DNA of 64,000 nucleotides from the human T2T-CHM13v2.0 reference genome, Homo sapiens, in assembly GCF_009914755.1 (NCBI RefSeq), contig NC_060931.1. One strand, given 5' to 3'. Below are positions 1 through 12,500 of this stretch, piece after piece. Under the pieces are notes generated by a model that worked only from the letters and a program-made list of their open reading frames with translations, made no database searches and was not told the origin of the DNA. The position numbers and the translations under genes were made by a program. The number at the start of each line of letters is the position of its first letter. The stretch's first letter is position 1.

Positions 1-586
1 ATTAGTTCATATTTCCTAGGATTTTATATAAATGGGATCATACATAATATAATCTTTTCCGTCTGATTTCTTTCACTTGGCATACTTATTTTGAGACGTA
101 TTCATGCCACCTGTATCAGGAGGTTATTTCTTTTTATTGCTGAGTAGTATTCCATTGATTGGTTACAACCACAGTTTGTTTATCCATTCATCTATTGATG
201 TACATTTGGGTTGTTTGCAGTTTTAGAAGCATTGCACATCTGCTAGGAGCATTCATGTGTAGCTCTTCATGTAGACATGTACTTTAATTTCTCTTAGGGA
301 AATACCTAGGAGTAGAACGGTTGGATCATATGGTCGGTGTACTTAGAACTTTTAAAGAAACTACTAAACTTTCTTCCAAAGTGGTTGTGCTGTTTCATAT
401 TCTCACCAGTAGTGTATGTATGAGCATCCTCTGCATCCTTGCCCACTCTCGGTAGGGTCATTCTTTCTTATTTCAGCCATTTTATATGTATGTAGTGGTA
501 TCTCATTGTGGTTTTAAGTTGTATTTCCCTAATGACTACTGATGTTAACTATTGTTTTATGTATTCATTCACTTTCCAGACAGATA

Positions 587-590
<4 letters not shown>

Positions 591-617
<27 letters not shown>

Positions 618-896
618 GAGATGGAGTATCTCTCTGTCATCCAGGCTGGAGTGCAGTGACACAATCTCGGCTCACTGCAACCTTTGCCCTCTGGGTTCAA
701 GCGATTCTCCTGCCTCAGCCTCCGAGTAGCTGGGATTACAGGTGCATGCCACCATGCCCAGCTAATTTTTTTGTATTTTTAGTAGAGACAGGGTTTCACC
801 CGTTAGTCAGGATGGTCTCGATCTCCTGCCTTGTGATCCATCTGCCCTGGCCTCCCAAAGTGCTGGGATTACAGGCATGAGCTGCCACACCTGGCC
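591..896 (-). mobile_element. AluS (Sc-like), full length
   Basis: Poly-T followed by antisense Alu; TSD cagatatctt at 581-590 and 898-907. Confidence 0.95.
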
Positions 897-977
897 CCAG
901 ATATCTTCTTTAGCAAAGTATCTGAATCTTTTGCTTATTTAAAAAATTGGGTTGTTTCCTTTTTTAGTTTTGAGAAT

Positions 978-1249
978 TTTTTTTTTTTTTTTTTTTAAGA
1001 TGGAATCTTGCTCTGTCGCCCAGGCTGGAGTGCAGTGGTGCAATCTCGGCTCACTGCAACCTCCACCTCCTGGGTTAAAGCGATTCTCCTGCTCAGCCTC
1101 CTGAGTAGCTGGGACTATAGGCGCGTACCACCACACCTAGCTAATTTTTGTATTGACCAGGCTGGTCTCGAACTCCCGACCTCAGGCAATTTGCCTGCCT
1201 TGGCCTCCTAAAGTGCTGGGATTACAGGTGTGAGCCATCACACCTGGCC
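978..1249 (-). mobile_element. AluS with ~26-bp internal deletion
   Basis: Poly-T tail and Alu body; lacks tttagtagagacggggtttcaccatg near 1154; short TSD agaattt. Confidence 0.93.
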
Positions 1250-3058
1250 CAAGAATTTATTAAATTAATATATTCTGTATACAAAACTTATCAGATACAC
1301 ATTTTAAAAAATATTTTTCCATTCTGTGGCTTATCTATTTATGTATCTTTTACTCTCCTGGTAACTCACAGAACAGTCACTTTATTTTCTTGACAGTATC
1401 TTTTGAAGAGCAAAATTTTAATTCTTGAAGTGTAATTTATCAATTTATTCTTTTATGGATTATGCCTTTGGTGTCATAGTAAGAAATCTTAGCTTAACCC
1501 AAGATTACAAGAGTTTTCTCTTAGAAATTTTATGGTTTTAGGTTTTACATTCAGGTTTATAATATAGTTTGTGTTAGTTTTTTCTATTTAGATTGAAGTG
1601 TGGATTAAAATTTTGCATATGATTACCTATTCTATCACCATTTGTTTAAAAAACTTATTTCTCTGTAGAATAGCTTTTGCCTGAAAATCAGTTGTTGATA
1701 TATGTGTGGGTCTCTTTCTGGACTATTCTGTTCCTTTGATCTGTTTTTCTATCTTTATGCCAATATAGTGATGCAATTTTAATGTGGTGTGAAAGATGGC
1801 ACTACAGAGCACCTGACTTGCTCCTCCTCTAACCTACTTTACTATAATAGTTCACTGATTAGCCTGTTTCCCTGGATAAGCAGCCTGAGTTTAGGAATTC
1901 TTTCTTAGATATTTCCAACAGATGGCAATGTGTATGCACATAGTAGGTGTTTTGATATTTGTTTTTAAAAGATGTGAATCTTAGGGATTAATGTTTGAAT
2001 GCCATCCTGGATGCCTTGTACATTCCTACAGATAGTAGTCTTCTCTACTTTCTAAAAAGTTTAGGCTCTGAAAATCTGTTCATAAAGTCCATTTGCTCAA
2101 AAGTCCAAAGTTGGGGACTGTTGTGAACATATCTATCTAGTTACTAGTTTTCTAATTTTTCATTTCTTATCACTGGAGACTCATTATTGGTAGAATCAGT
2201 GTTTGTAAAACCATTCAAAAACAAGTACAAATGGTATACAATAAACCAGCAAGGGACTTGACAGACCAAAATGACAGGACACAGCCATTATGTCATTGTG
2301 TCATTGGGGACAGGCAAAGCACTTTTTTCTTTTTCTCCTGGCTTGTTATTTTCTTTAAGGTCTCTAAGATCAGATAACTAACAGAAGAGGCTCAGTTTAA
2401 ATTGCAAGCCCCTCACATACATATACATGCATTTGGGTGCATGCAGACACATATACCACAAATACTTTGTAAGTGATGGACTGCCCTCAGGTTAGTTTGC
2501 TTGGAAAAATCAGGCGGAGACTTTCTATAACCCACTTCATGCAAGGCAGACAAATTGTGCCCTCATTTTCTATTGTCTCTGGCTTCATCTGTAATCAGCA
2601 AATGGAGCCCTGCAGCTTACATAGTGTTTCATCTGCTATTTGTTACTCTCCCTTAGTTTGCACAACACTGAACCATCTCATTTTGAAATTCAAGAGTGGC
2701 GAGGAGGCCTTTGGTGGAAGATTGTAATTTGGGAGAAGGGAAAGTCAAGAGCAAGATCGCCTATTTTGAAGAAGGCGGGGTGTTGAAGGAAATTGCCTTT
2801 GTCAGTCTCTGAGCCTCTCCATATATGTGCTACTGTGACCCTGCCCTCCATCACCAGTGACCTAAAAATCACATAATTTCAACTATTCTCCAAACCTATT
2901 CACATCTGTTGTGCATGGCTTGTACACTTACCCCCTCTATTGACAGCCAATATGTCTAAATCTTTTTGCCTCTCAGCCAGCCTCTTGTTGGTGGCTCCCT
3001 GGCTTTCTTGCCTTCTTTCCTGCTTCTTCTATGACTGTCAAATGAATGCCTTAAAGCG

Positions 3059-3089
<31 letters not shown>

Positions 3090-3138
3090 GATTTCTTTCT
3101 TATCCTTCTGCCCTCCTGCCTTTCTCTCCTAGTGCTTG

Positions 3139-3628
3139 TGTAAGGGAGGCAGTTTTTTTTATCTTTACCCTGTTAGGGTCTCTAGCTGAGGCTGAGTATT
3201 AAATTGATGTAAAATAGATTAACAGAAGAAAAGCATATGGATTTTGACACATATATAGGAGCCCCCACAGGAAAGTGAAGACCCAAAAAGTGGCAAATCT
3301 TGAATCCTTATTTAGTAGGTTGAACAGAGTGGCCGTTGTGGAAAAGTAACTAAAATAAATGATGTGGCTAAAGGAAGATAAGAGTTAGTAAGATCTGTTG
3401 GTACAAATTTTTCTGGACTCCCCATGTCTAGAAACGAGAAAATTTCTTCTTTCCTACTATAGGGAGATCATCTTTCACATGAGAGTTTTTTCCCATCTCA
3501 GGTGTTTCTGGTGATAATGTTTCTTTTCTCCTATCTCTTTTGTTTCTATTTTTCAAGTGCCTTTAGCTTTAAAATAATCCTTAGGCCTAAATAGCATGTT
3601 TTGGGGTGGCGTGTTCTGCCACTCTTCA
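3139..3628 (-). mobile_element. ERV1 solo LTR, MER34/MER39 family
   Basis: TG...CA ends; the end ctttagctttaaaataatccttaggcctaaatagcatgttttggggtggcgtgttctg..ttca matches the reverse complement of the MER34-type 5' end; near-TSD cttg/tttg. Confidence 0.75.
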
Positions 3629-5619
3629 TTTGCTCATGCTTTCCTTGCAGAATATGGACTACAATCATCTTATTTTCAAAAAATTCTTCAGGTAATTCTG
3701 ATGGACAGTTTCTCTTGTGAACCACTATCCTAGATCATGGTAGACGAATGAATCAACAGGCCTTTGAAAATTGCCATTCATTGATCCCAAAAAGTTTTTT
3801 TATATACCAGATAATTTCCCTCCCCATATTATAGCAATACTAGAGACTGCCCAGGTTTCCTTAAGGAAGTTCTTAAATTAGTGCTACTGGTTGGTTGGTG
3901 GTGGAGGAAAGCATTGGTGGGTGTATATTTACAAACAATTACACAGGCATGTAGTCATGTACACAACTCTTGTGACTGTTGATAAGATGATTAGTTTATG
4001 ATCAGTCTTTGTCTTTGATTCTTAATGCTTATAATGGATAGTTTTTGTCATTTTTCTCCAAGACAGTCTGAAAAAATTAAATAGTTATTTTACTTTATAA
4101 ATGGTAAGCAGTCAGTACCTGTTTATAGAGGGAATGAACAAAGAGTGGTCTGGTTTATTCAGGATTTGTACCAAAAAATCTATATAGTAATTTATAAATA
4201 AAGGTAGATCTTTGAAAAAAATAAAGATAATCTCTAGTCTCTGAAAATATAAACCTGTTACATAATAAAAAGTTGTTATAGACTCTTCATTTCTTCTTAC
4301 CTCTTAAGCCACCACCTCTAGACACACTTTGATCCTCTCTCTCTCTTCTTCCCCCCCCCCGAGTGGAAAATCTCAATATTAATTGGAGCTAAGATGATTG
4401 TACTACTGCTGCTAAGACTTCAGCAGGTCTCTTACAAGCTAATGTCACGGCATGGGGTCCATTTGCTCTGTGTAGCTATTCTGCAGTGCAGTGAGAATTC
4501 CTTGATTAATATGCTACATGAAAATAAAATGGATTTGGAAAAAATTATAGCATACTCTCATAAATATTAATTCACATTTGTATGGAATTACACATAATTT
4601 TCAATATACTTTGGAAGCACCTTCAGTATGAAAGATTTGGTCTCCAAAGAGAATGGCATAATTTTTTTAAAAGCACAGTGGATACATTATTAAGCATCAT
4701 TTGTTTATTAATCTGATCCTCTACATGCATATGATGCAGGGCAGTAGGTGGGTTGTGTGACAAAGAAAGGAGCTTTATACCCTGTGGGGAGTTTTTATAT
4801 TACACTTAGAAGTGGTACAATTTAATCACATTATATAGAAGCAGCCCATGATGGAACTCACCTGGCTCCCTCTGCTAGTGTTGCCATTATTCCTGAGTGT
4901 CTCTTTATGGCAGCTATTTTGGTTAAATGTGAGACTAAACACAGAACATTTTTGAGCTGAGCAGATGCCTGGCATAGCTGACTGAGGTTGTGGACACTGG
5001 ACAAAGGAATTCAATTCAGCAGCCATTCATTGAACATTTACTATGTGTTAGGCATAGCATGCAAGGCTGTGAAATCAATGGCCATGTGCGCTTGCTTTGA
5101 TCTCGACTTGTCCCCTGAAACACTTTTCACCACATCCTCATTGCCTCAGGAGAGCTACCTCTCCGATGGCAGAGGGTTAATCGTCTGCAGTGGTAGCAGC
5201 TGGAAGTTAGGCCAGAAGCTGCTTATTTGCCTTGTGGACTGTTATCTTTGATATCTTCTTACTCTTAAGGATAAGGCCTTTCCCCTTTTCTGGGGTTTCT
5301 TGCTGTTTGCTGTGATCCTTCGTGTATACCAGCAGTGCACACTAGATTCCTTGGTTTCCTGCTTCTATCACCCTTTCTGGCTTGCTACACTGTATGTTAG
5401 AGACAGCTTAGACTATTTTAAAGTCAGTATTGTGCTTTATAGGTTTGGATGTTTTAACTAGTTGACTCCTTTATTTATGTATTTATTGACTAATACATTG
5501 GCCACCTACTATTTGCCTGGTTTATGTGAAGTACTTATGTGAAGCACTGGGATTACTGAGATGAACTACTTAGTCCCTCCCCTCTTTCACATTCTTTCAA
5601 GAGATTATGCACCCAGCTG

Positions 5620-5942
5620 CCTCAAGGCCTTTGCACAAGCTGTTCTCTCTGTTCAGCCTTTCAGATCTAGGTCAAATAGCAGTCATTTTCTCAGCTCTAA
5701 CCCTCTCCTCTGGACTATATCATTTCCCTTAGTTTTAGCACCCATAACCTATCCTTTAGCGTTGTTAACTCAGTTTGCAATGATATATTTGTGTGATTTG
5801 ATTAGTATTTGTCCTGTAAATTCTAGGCTCTATGAGGGTGGTGACTTTTCCCCACACCATTATCATCCTAAACATAGGTCAGTGCTACATTGGTACTTGG
5901 CATGTACTGGGCACACAAAACATAATTGTTGAATGAGTGAAG
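5620..5942 (+). mobile_element. L2 3' fragment
   Basis: aggcctttgcacaagctgttc... and the L2 terminal motif aattgttgaatgagtgaa. Confidence 0.65.
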
Positions 5943-6077
5943 ACCTGAGAATAGAGTACTTTGTATTACAAGAAAGGTCTCCCTGAGTGGGCAACACTGC
6001 TAAGAGTCACTGAACTAGAAAAGGGAGGAGTGTGTAAGAGAGGCCTTTTGAGGCCAAGGCAAATCAGTGTAAAGGCC

Positions 6078-6610
6078 TGCGTTAGTTTGTCCAGGCTGCA
6101 TTAGCAAAATGTCATAAACTGAGTAGCTTATAAACAAGAAACATTTATTTCTCACAGTTCTGGAGGCTGGGAAGTCCAAGGTGGAGGCACCAGCAGATTC
6201 TGTGTCTGGTGAGAGCTTGTTTCTCATGGATGGTACCTGTTCTCACATGGTAGAGGGGCAAATAGACTCCCTTAGGCCCTTTATAAGGGCACTAATCCCC
6301 TTCATGAGGGTTCCACCCTCATGATCCAGTCAACTCCCAAAGTCCCCCATCTCCTGGCCAACATGGTGAAACCCCGTCTCTACTAAAAATACAAAAAAAA
6401 AAAAAAACAAAAAAAATGGCTGGGTATGGTGGCAGGCATCTGTAACCCCAGCTACTCGGGAGGCTGAGGCAGGGAATCGCTTGAACTGGGGAGGCGGAGG
6501 TTACAGTGAGCCAAGGTCGTGCTGTTGCACTCCAACCTGGGCAACAAGAGCGAACTCTGTCTCAGAAAAAAAATATATTCTGGGGAGACACAAACATTCA
6601 GATCATAACA
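6078..6610 (-). mobile_element. MLT1A-type (ERVL-MaLR) solo LTR, interrupted by an Alu
   Basis: atttatttctcacagttctggaggctgggaagtccaag, ataagggcactaatcccc, end gacacaaacattcagatcataaca; 5-bp TSD aggcc/aggct. Confidence 0.88.
6353..6573 (+). mobile_element. 5'-truncated AluS (Sq/Sp-like) inside MLT1A
   Basis: Starts at cctggccaacatggtgaaacccc; has A-rich linker, right arm and short A tail; no TSD. Confidence 0.92.
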
Positions 6611-6820
6611 AGGCTCAAGGTCTCAGACTAATAGGAATGGCTGATTTGGGGAGAGATGTCAGGGAGTACCATGCATGTAAAGTTGGGAGTGCTGGGATAT
6701 TGCAGCAGAACAGTGAGAAAATTGGATGTGAAAGGGAGGAAAGAGAGCGGTATTTTAAGGAGAAATGAGTAAAAGGAAATTTCTATTTTGGTTTTGTTTT
6801 ATTTTTAAATGTACATTTAG

Positions 6821-7029
6821 ATAGTAAAAAATTTAATTGTTCATTTAAAAATAACTAAAATAATATAATTGGATTGTTTGAAATACAAAGGATACATGTT
6901 TGAGGTAATGGATACCCCATTTACCCTGATGTGATTATTACACATTGCATGCTTGTATCAAAACATCTTATGTAAGTCATAAATATATATGCCGACTATG
7001 TACCCCAGAAATGAAAAAATTTTTAAAAA
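6821..7029 (+). mobile_element. 5'-truncated L1MA(1-3)-type 3' end
   Basis: ggataccccatttaccctgatgtgattattacacattgcatgcttgtatcaaaacatc; degenerate TSD aaatgtacatttag / aaagttcatttag. Confidence 0.85.
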
Positions 7030-8061
7030 GTTCATTTAGGACTGCAGAAACTGAGGAAGTGTGGTAAGGCTTCATGAGGGGGATTTTCTGTGTAAGAGGA
7101 TTAGATCCACTAGTTTCCAAATAACTGAGTGCCAAAACATTTTCATTTTATTGCTTAGTGTGTGCATCATTTCTCACAGGGCAGAGGATATTTGCATGTA
7201 TGTGGTTTGTTTGATGTTCTGAGAGCCCATTTTGCACGTGGTCTCAGAGTTGTAGTGACTTACTCCACTTCTGATAATGAATAATGTCAGTGTCCGGACA
7301 CTAAAAGCCCAGTCTGTTGGAACCTTGGTGTGTACTGAGCTGCCTGGAGGCACAGAACTCTTATCAGGTCATGTGGCCTGAAATGCTTACCTGTAGTTTC
7401 TACAGATGCAGTTCCCCATTCAAGGACATTGATTTCCCATTTCCTACCCACCTCCCCTCATCCCCAACCACACACAGGAATAAATTAAAAGTTGCTGTTG
7501 ATCTTGGTGATAATATTGTTGTTACATTTTGCAAAGAAAATGGAAATAAAGGATGCTTAGAGGAACATGTAAAAAAATATAATGCATTAAGGAAACATTT
7601 TAATCATATGAATAGACAGTTCTTTCTTGCTGGCTCACATCCACCTGGACCTGATAAATTCAGTTGGGTGCTATTTCTTTTGAATTGAGCATGCACTTAG
7701 TGCTCATTTTCTGAAACATAATTGATGTACCAACTTGGGAAATGAGTGTATTGCACTTCCTTGGGGAAGGTCATTGTGTGCTGGACCCAGCACCAAATCG
7801 AACAGAAAGCTGCTATCCCAGGGAGCAGTGAAATCACTTTTGATGCATATACTTGTGTTTTGTTTAGTTTTCTGCCCAGTAATAATAGAAAGGATATATA
7901 TATTTGTGATGGCATTAAGGATTCAGGAAAATTGAGAAGCCATGTTTCTTAGTTTTGGGTCTTCTCATATCCCACTTTCCTATCCCTCTCCCACTTAGTA
8001 GTAACACCCTTTAGTATTTAGCCTATATTTTGGGTGTGACCCTAGATACCTTTGTAACCAC

Positions 8062-8092
8062 CACTTCCCTTTCCTTCTCTTCTTTTCTACAG
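8062..8092 (+). promoter_or_regulatory. 3' splice site (polypyrimidine tract + CAG) of the AUTS2 exon
   Basis: cacttccctttccttctcttcttttctacAG lies immediately before the exon. Confidence 0.93.
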
Positions 8093-8305
8093 AAAGATGT
8101 AGCACTTAAGCCTCAGGAACGTGTGGAGAAACGCCAGACGCCCCTGACCAAGAAGAAACGAGAAGCACTTACCAATGGCTTGTCCTTTCATTCAAAGAAG
8201 AGCAGACTCAGCCACCCACACCACTACAGCTCAGATCGAGAAAATGACCGCAATCTCTGCCAGCACCTTGGGAAGAGAAAGAAAATGCCGAAGGCACTCA
8301 GACAG
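8093..8305 (+). CDS. AUTS2: AUTS2 internal coding exon (exon 2), 213 bp, 71 codons, phase 0/0
   Basis: Translation [71 protein letters not shown] matches the AUTS2 N-terminal region as I remember it. Bounded by a polypyrimidine tract plus CAG (AG at 8091-8092) and CAG|GTGAGG (GT at 8306). Contains basic NLS-like clusters KKKR and KRKK. Confidence 0.96.
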
Positions 8306-8311
8306 GTGAGG
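8303..8311 (+). promoter_or_regulatory. 5' splice site of the AUTS2 exon
   Basis: CAG|GTGAGG; gives a 213-bp in-frame exon ending at ALRQ. Confidence 0.93.
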
Positions 8312-9660
8312 AAGCTTGGGTTCGCTCTTTCCTGTGGCGGCAAAATCCCTTCCTTAGGTGCTTCCTCCACTGTGGTTTTTCGTAACAGGTGGAGAAGATA
8401 TCCTTGGTGGGATGCTGAAGTGGTTGTCCAACAAAGCTGTGTGCGTGCCTTTAAAAGAATCTAAAACCCAATCTCAGCTCTTTCTATGAGGATTTGAAAC
8501 TTCAGCATGGTGCCCTTTCAGTCAGATGTGCTTTATGCAACAAAGCTTGATGCTAAGTGGTACTGGTATTTAGGGCAGACCTGTCTTAACAGTTGTCAAG
8601 ATGGACTGGCTTGCAGGGGAGAGATCTTTGCAATTAGGATAAATGGAACAGGTGGATTTCATCACATACATTGTGCATCTCATGGTTCTAAGGTGCTAAA
8701 ATGATTGCCTGTGTGTGAGAAATGCCTTGCTAAGATTTATATTTTCCGGGGAAGCTCAGATATTGTGGCATCTGGGAGGGCAATGGCAAAAAATGAATTT
8801 GCCTTTTGGTGTCTTAGTTGTTCTCCATAGGCTATAATTCAAGACTATCTTTGTGATCTGTTGATTGTATGAACGTCTGATAATGAGGCTTACTGGCCTG
8901 TTAATAATTAGGTTTCAATGATCCACAAGAAAGTATGGCTCTTGGCATTTGGGAAGCCTTTCTGCCTGTGGAAATCCCCACATGAGATGGATTAATAATG
9001 AGATATGAAGCTGTTTATAGCAGTTTTTCTGCACAAATCCAGAGGCTTCAGTGCCTGTCAAGTTAGTTACCTGTGTCCTGGGTGTGTTTTATTTATTTTT
9101 GGCAGGACCATTGGGTAGGATTGACTATCACTGAAGAAAGCAGAGGAAGGAATTGTGGTGTACAGAGCAGGTGCTGCTAATTAGAGGTGGAATAGGTAAT
9201 TTTTGGTTTGCAGATGTTTCTCTGCAGAGGCAGGGAGATCTGGGATCAAACAAAACAATGGTTCCCAAACCACACAGATCTTGAGAATCATATAATGAGA
9301 GCTACTAAACCTAAATTTCTGGCCCCTCTTTAGGACCTAATGACATTTGTAGTTTTAGAAAGTTTCCTATTTGAAAACAGTCAGCCTGGTTGGAAGTCAC
9401 TCTTACAAAGAATCAAGAGTGTATTTGGGTGATGGTTTTTAGTTAAAAGATTGGAAAGATCAAAAGCCTCAATATGATGTAGTGGGCAGTTTGGTGTCAG
9501 AATTCTGCCTTATACGTAGTGAAGCATATAATCCTGGTAAAACATCTGGGGTGATGGGTTTCAGATGGACCCAGAAGGCTTCCAAGGTAATGCCTAAATC
9601 TGACAACCAGCACAGTGTTTCCAAAGGTACACTTGTGTCCTGAAACGCCAGACTGGAGTT

Positions 9661-9882
9661 ATAATAGTAATTATTAACATTTACCTAATGCATACTATGC
9701 TACATTCAGTGAGGGAGTTTTTATAGTATAACCTATAATTTGTACAACAACCCTGCCTAGTAGGTAATATCATGGTTACTTAACAGCTATGGAAACGAGG
9801 GCTCAAAGAGATAAAGTGACTTGTCTGAGGCCTTGTCAATGAGGGAAGGAGCCAGGGTTTAGACCCAGATATCTCTAGTTCC
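9661..9882 (-). mobile_element. MIR
   Basis: Core caacaaccctg..taggta..ggaaacgagggctcaaagagataaagtgacttgtctgagg. Confidence 0.75.
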
Positions 9883-12354
9883 GTGGTTTGTTCTGTTTTC
9901 CATATTTAGATGAAGTTTTATTTATTTTTTTCTTGATAGGGAGTTGGGGAGAGGGAGGAAAGCCTAAGTTCTATAAAAGGTGATGTTCCTGTGGTATTTG
10001 TGACTCCTAACTCATGCCTCTGTGTGAGATATGTGAGAAAAGTAATTAATCTCAGTGGAGAGAGATTGCAATGTAACCACCCCCCTCTCCCTCAGGCCCC
10101 CGCCCCAGCAGGGTAAGAAGGAAGCCTTCTTACTCTGAGTTAACACCAAGCTGCGGATCCTCATCCTTGAATCTTTTTCTTCTAGACGTGATCTGACTTT
10201 TCTATTCTGTGTCCTCAGAATTATTCTTTGTATTTCTTTCTACTTCTTCGAGACTTTCAAGGTCCTCTGGTGACAGAGTTTTATGATCGGAAAAGAAGAC
10301 TAAGACGTAACACATCTTAAATTTGAGTAGCTTTTGGTCTTAATGGCCAACTCTCTTGTACTAATGGTATTTGAAATCAAAGCTATCTTTGTTTTAGGTA
10401 ACATATTTGAAAAGCAAGTATTTTGACTCTTTATGAATCATGGAGAAGGAAAGCATGAATTGTATCTTTGGCCCTATGTAAAACTTTTAAAAACAAGGAG
10501 TATTTTCTTACCTTCAGTGTTGATGCCAAAATATGTTATCCAATCAAGTGTTATATTTCTAGTAAGAAGGAATGCAGAAGGTGATAATTGAGATAAGGCC
10601 ATAATACTTCTCATTTTTAATATTCTTAGAATCACTTGTGCTATTATGAAATCCCAAACAAGTCACCATCTGGTAACAGCCCATCTGGAAAATGAAGGGC
10701 TTGGACTTGAATGTTTCTTAGGCTCCTCCCTCTGGGTCCCATAGTTTTTTAAATTTATGAATAACACAAATACAGTGTTGTAAAGGTCTGTAAAGGAGTC
10801 TGTAGGTCTGAAGGTAATGCCGTTTTGGAGTCAGTCTGTAACTGATAGGCTCTGTGAAGACATTTATTTATTTTTAATGTTTTTTTTTCTTTAAAATTTT
10901 GTTTTCATGTAATATGAAGACATTTAAAGGAGAAGGGTAAGATGCATTTATAGTAGGAGGGAGGGGAGTGGTCCATTGTGTGTCAGTCCAGACAACTGCC
11001 ATCTGTTATGTGATCATTGGTAAAAGGTGACACATGAGTGTTTAATGACCATAGTAGATGTTCAAAAAGCTTGTCTGAAGAATACTCGTGATTGCTTTCC
11101 TATCATCCTAGATGCCTGTAAATATCACAATTACTTTATCGCCTGCGTTTGCCTCTTATCAGGTAAAGAAACTGAATCTGACCATCTTAGCTGGGAGGGG
11201 ACCTTGAGATGAGAGTGAGCTTTGAGGAGCATTTCTACATTAATGGATTGTCATTTAGTGCCTGTTATTGAGAACTACAGATGAAATAGGGAAGAGGCGA
11301 GAACTTAGTCTTTATTTCTGACTTGGTTAGAATGAATTAGGTTTGCATCTTATTAGGAAATGGTACTTCCTGAGCAGACAACTTAATGCACAGCTTTCCT
11401 GTAATTATGGGAAGATGTTACTCCTTAGTAGAGAGGAAAGAATAGGATTTTTTTTTCTGAGACTCCGTTGAAGGCAACTGATCTTTTTACTCGGAGGGTG
11501 CAATTATAATACTTTTATAGGAAAGATGTATAGTTCTAAAACCAAACTGCTTATTCTTTCACTTGCCTGGTTGTAAAACCCAAGTTCTTGTGATGTTTTT
11601 CCATACTACCAAAAGAAAGCTTTTAAACTGACACTTATTTGTTGGATTATGTTTTTAAGTATAAATACATACTGCCTTAGAAGATGCTGAGGTGGCACCT
11701 GTCTTGGCAAATGGTTGCACTTTTTGATATGAGAAATTTGAATACTTTTCTTACTTCCCAAAGGGGTTAAAATTATGAAGAAATCAATAAATTACCTCTT
11801 ATACAACTCTTATACAAAATAGCGCATGTCTTTCTGACCTCTGTAAATGAACTATTTGTTCATGATGTAAGCACTTAGACATGATATAAAAAAAGTTTTA
11901 TCATTTACTTACAAGGACATGGTACTTTTTTTTTCTCAATGGAGATTTGGGGGTGGGAAAAGCAAAAGAGGTTGCACATGGCCTCTCCTTAAGGAGCTTT
12001 ATTCTCTAATTGGGAGACCAAGTCACAATGAAACCACTCAGGAACACAAGGAAGTCAGGTGTCGCTAAACCGATAAGCCAAATTATAACTTCCTGAGAAG
12101 CACTTTGGGAAAACTTAACCCTTCCCAGGGCATTGAGTTTAATTTCAGTATATCTGACTTCTAGACCATGGAGAATTCTTAAAAAATTTAGGACTTTGTA
12201 GTTTAAAACACACAGAGAGCAAAAGGGTTTTAAAAATAGAGTACCAATGATGAAAAGTTGATGAGCATTCAGAGAACTCTCAGATTTGGCTCTGACTGGA
12301 TTTCTAAATCTCCATTTAGTCCATTAGTCTGTCCTTTCTCTGTAGTATCAACTG

Positions 12355-12500
12355 AGCCAGAGGAAATAGGCTTAAGTGAGCTAGAAGGCATTTTTAGGTT
12401 ATATGAACTCTTCTAACAGACACCAAGATGAATCATCAAAATAAATCCTGTGGTCTCCCTCCTTAACTGAATTTTAGGTGCCAAAAAGCCATTCATCTTA
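12355..12500 (+). mobile_element. CR1/L3 3' fragment
   Basis: aggaaataggcttaagt...tttaggtt..aactcttctaacag resembles the L3 3' end; highly diverged. Confidence 0.4.

Larger units (their letters stand above)
1..1765 (-). mobile_element. Old L1M (L1MB/MC-like) 3' fragment, interrupted by two Alus
   Basis: Antisense L1 3'UTR/ORF2 motifs, e.g. tttttattgctgagtagtattccattg, gtttatccattcatctattgatg, gtggtatctcattgtggtttt, ctattctgttcctttgatct. Confidence 0.85.

Noticed and set aside
508-1211. Alu-derived ORFs (also 26537-26889, 33299-33685, 45035-45360, 57635-57841)
   Set aside because: Typical Alu translation artefacts (RLECSG, WDYR motifs).
8030-8464. 144-aa ORF as a stand-alone gene
   Set aside because: It is the AUTS2 exon plus open intronic flanks: TTG start, polypyrimidine-encoded FSSF, and strong splice sites delimiting 8093-8305.
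11796-11817. ctcttatacaa twice, resembling the Tn5/Nextera mosaic end
   Set aside because: Only a 10-bp match; a simple 11-bp tandem duplication like those at 5522-5547 and 58753-58771.
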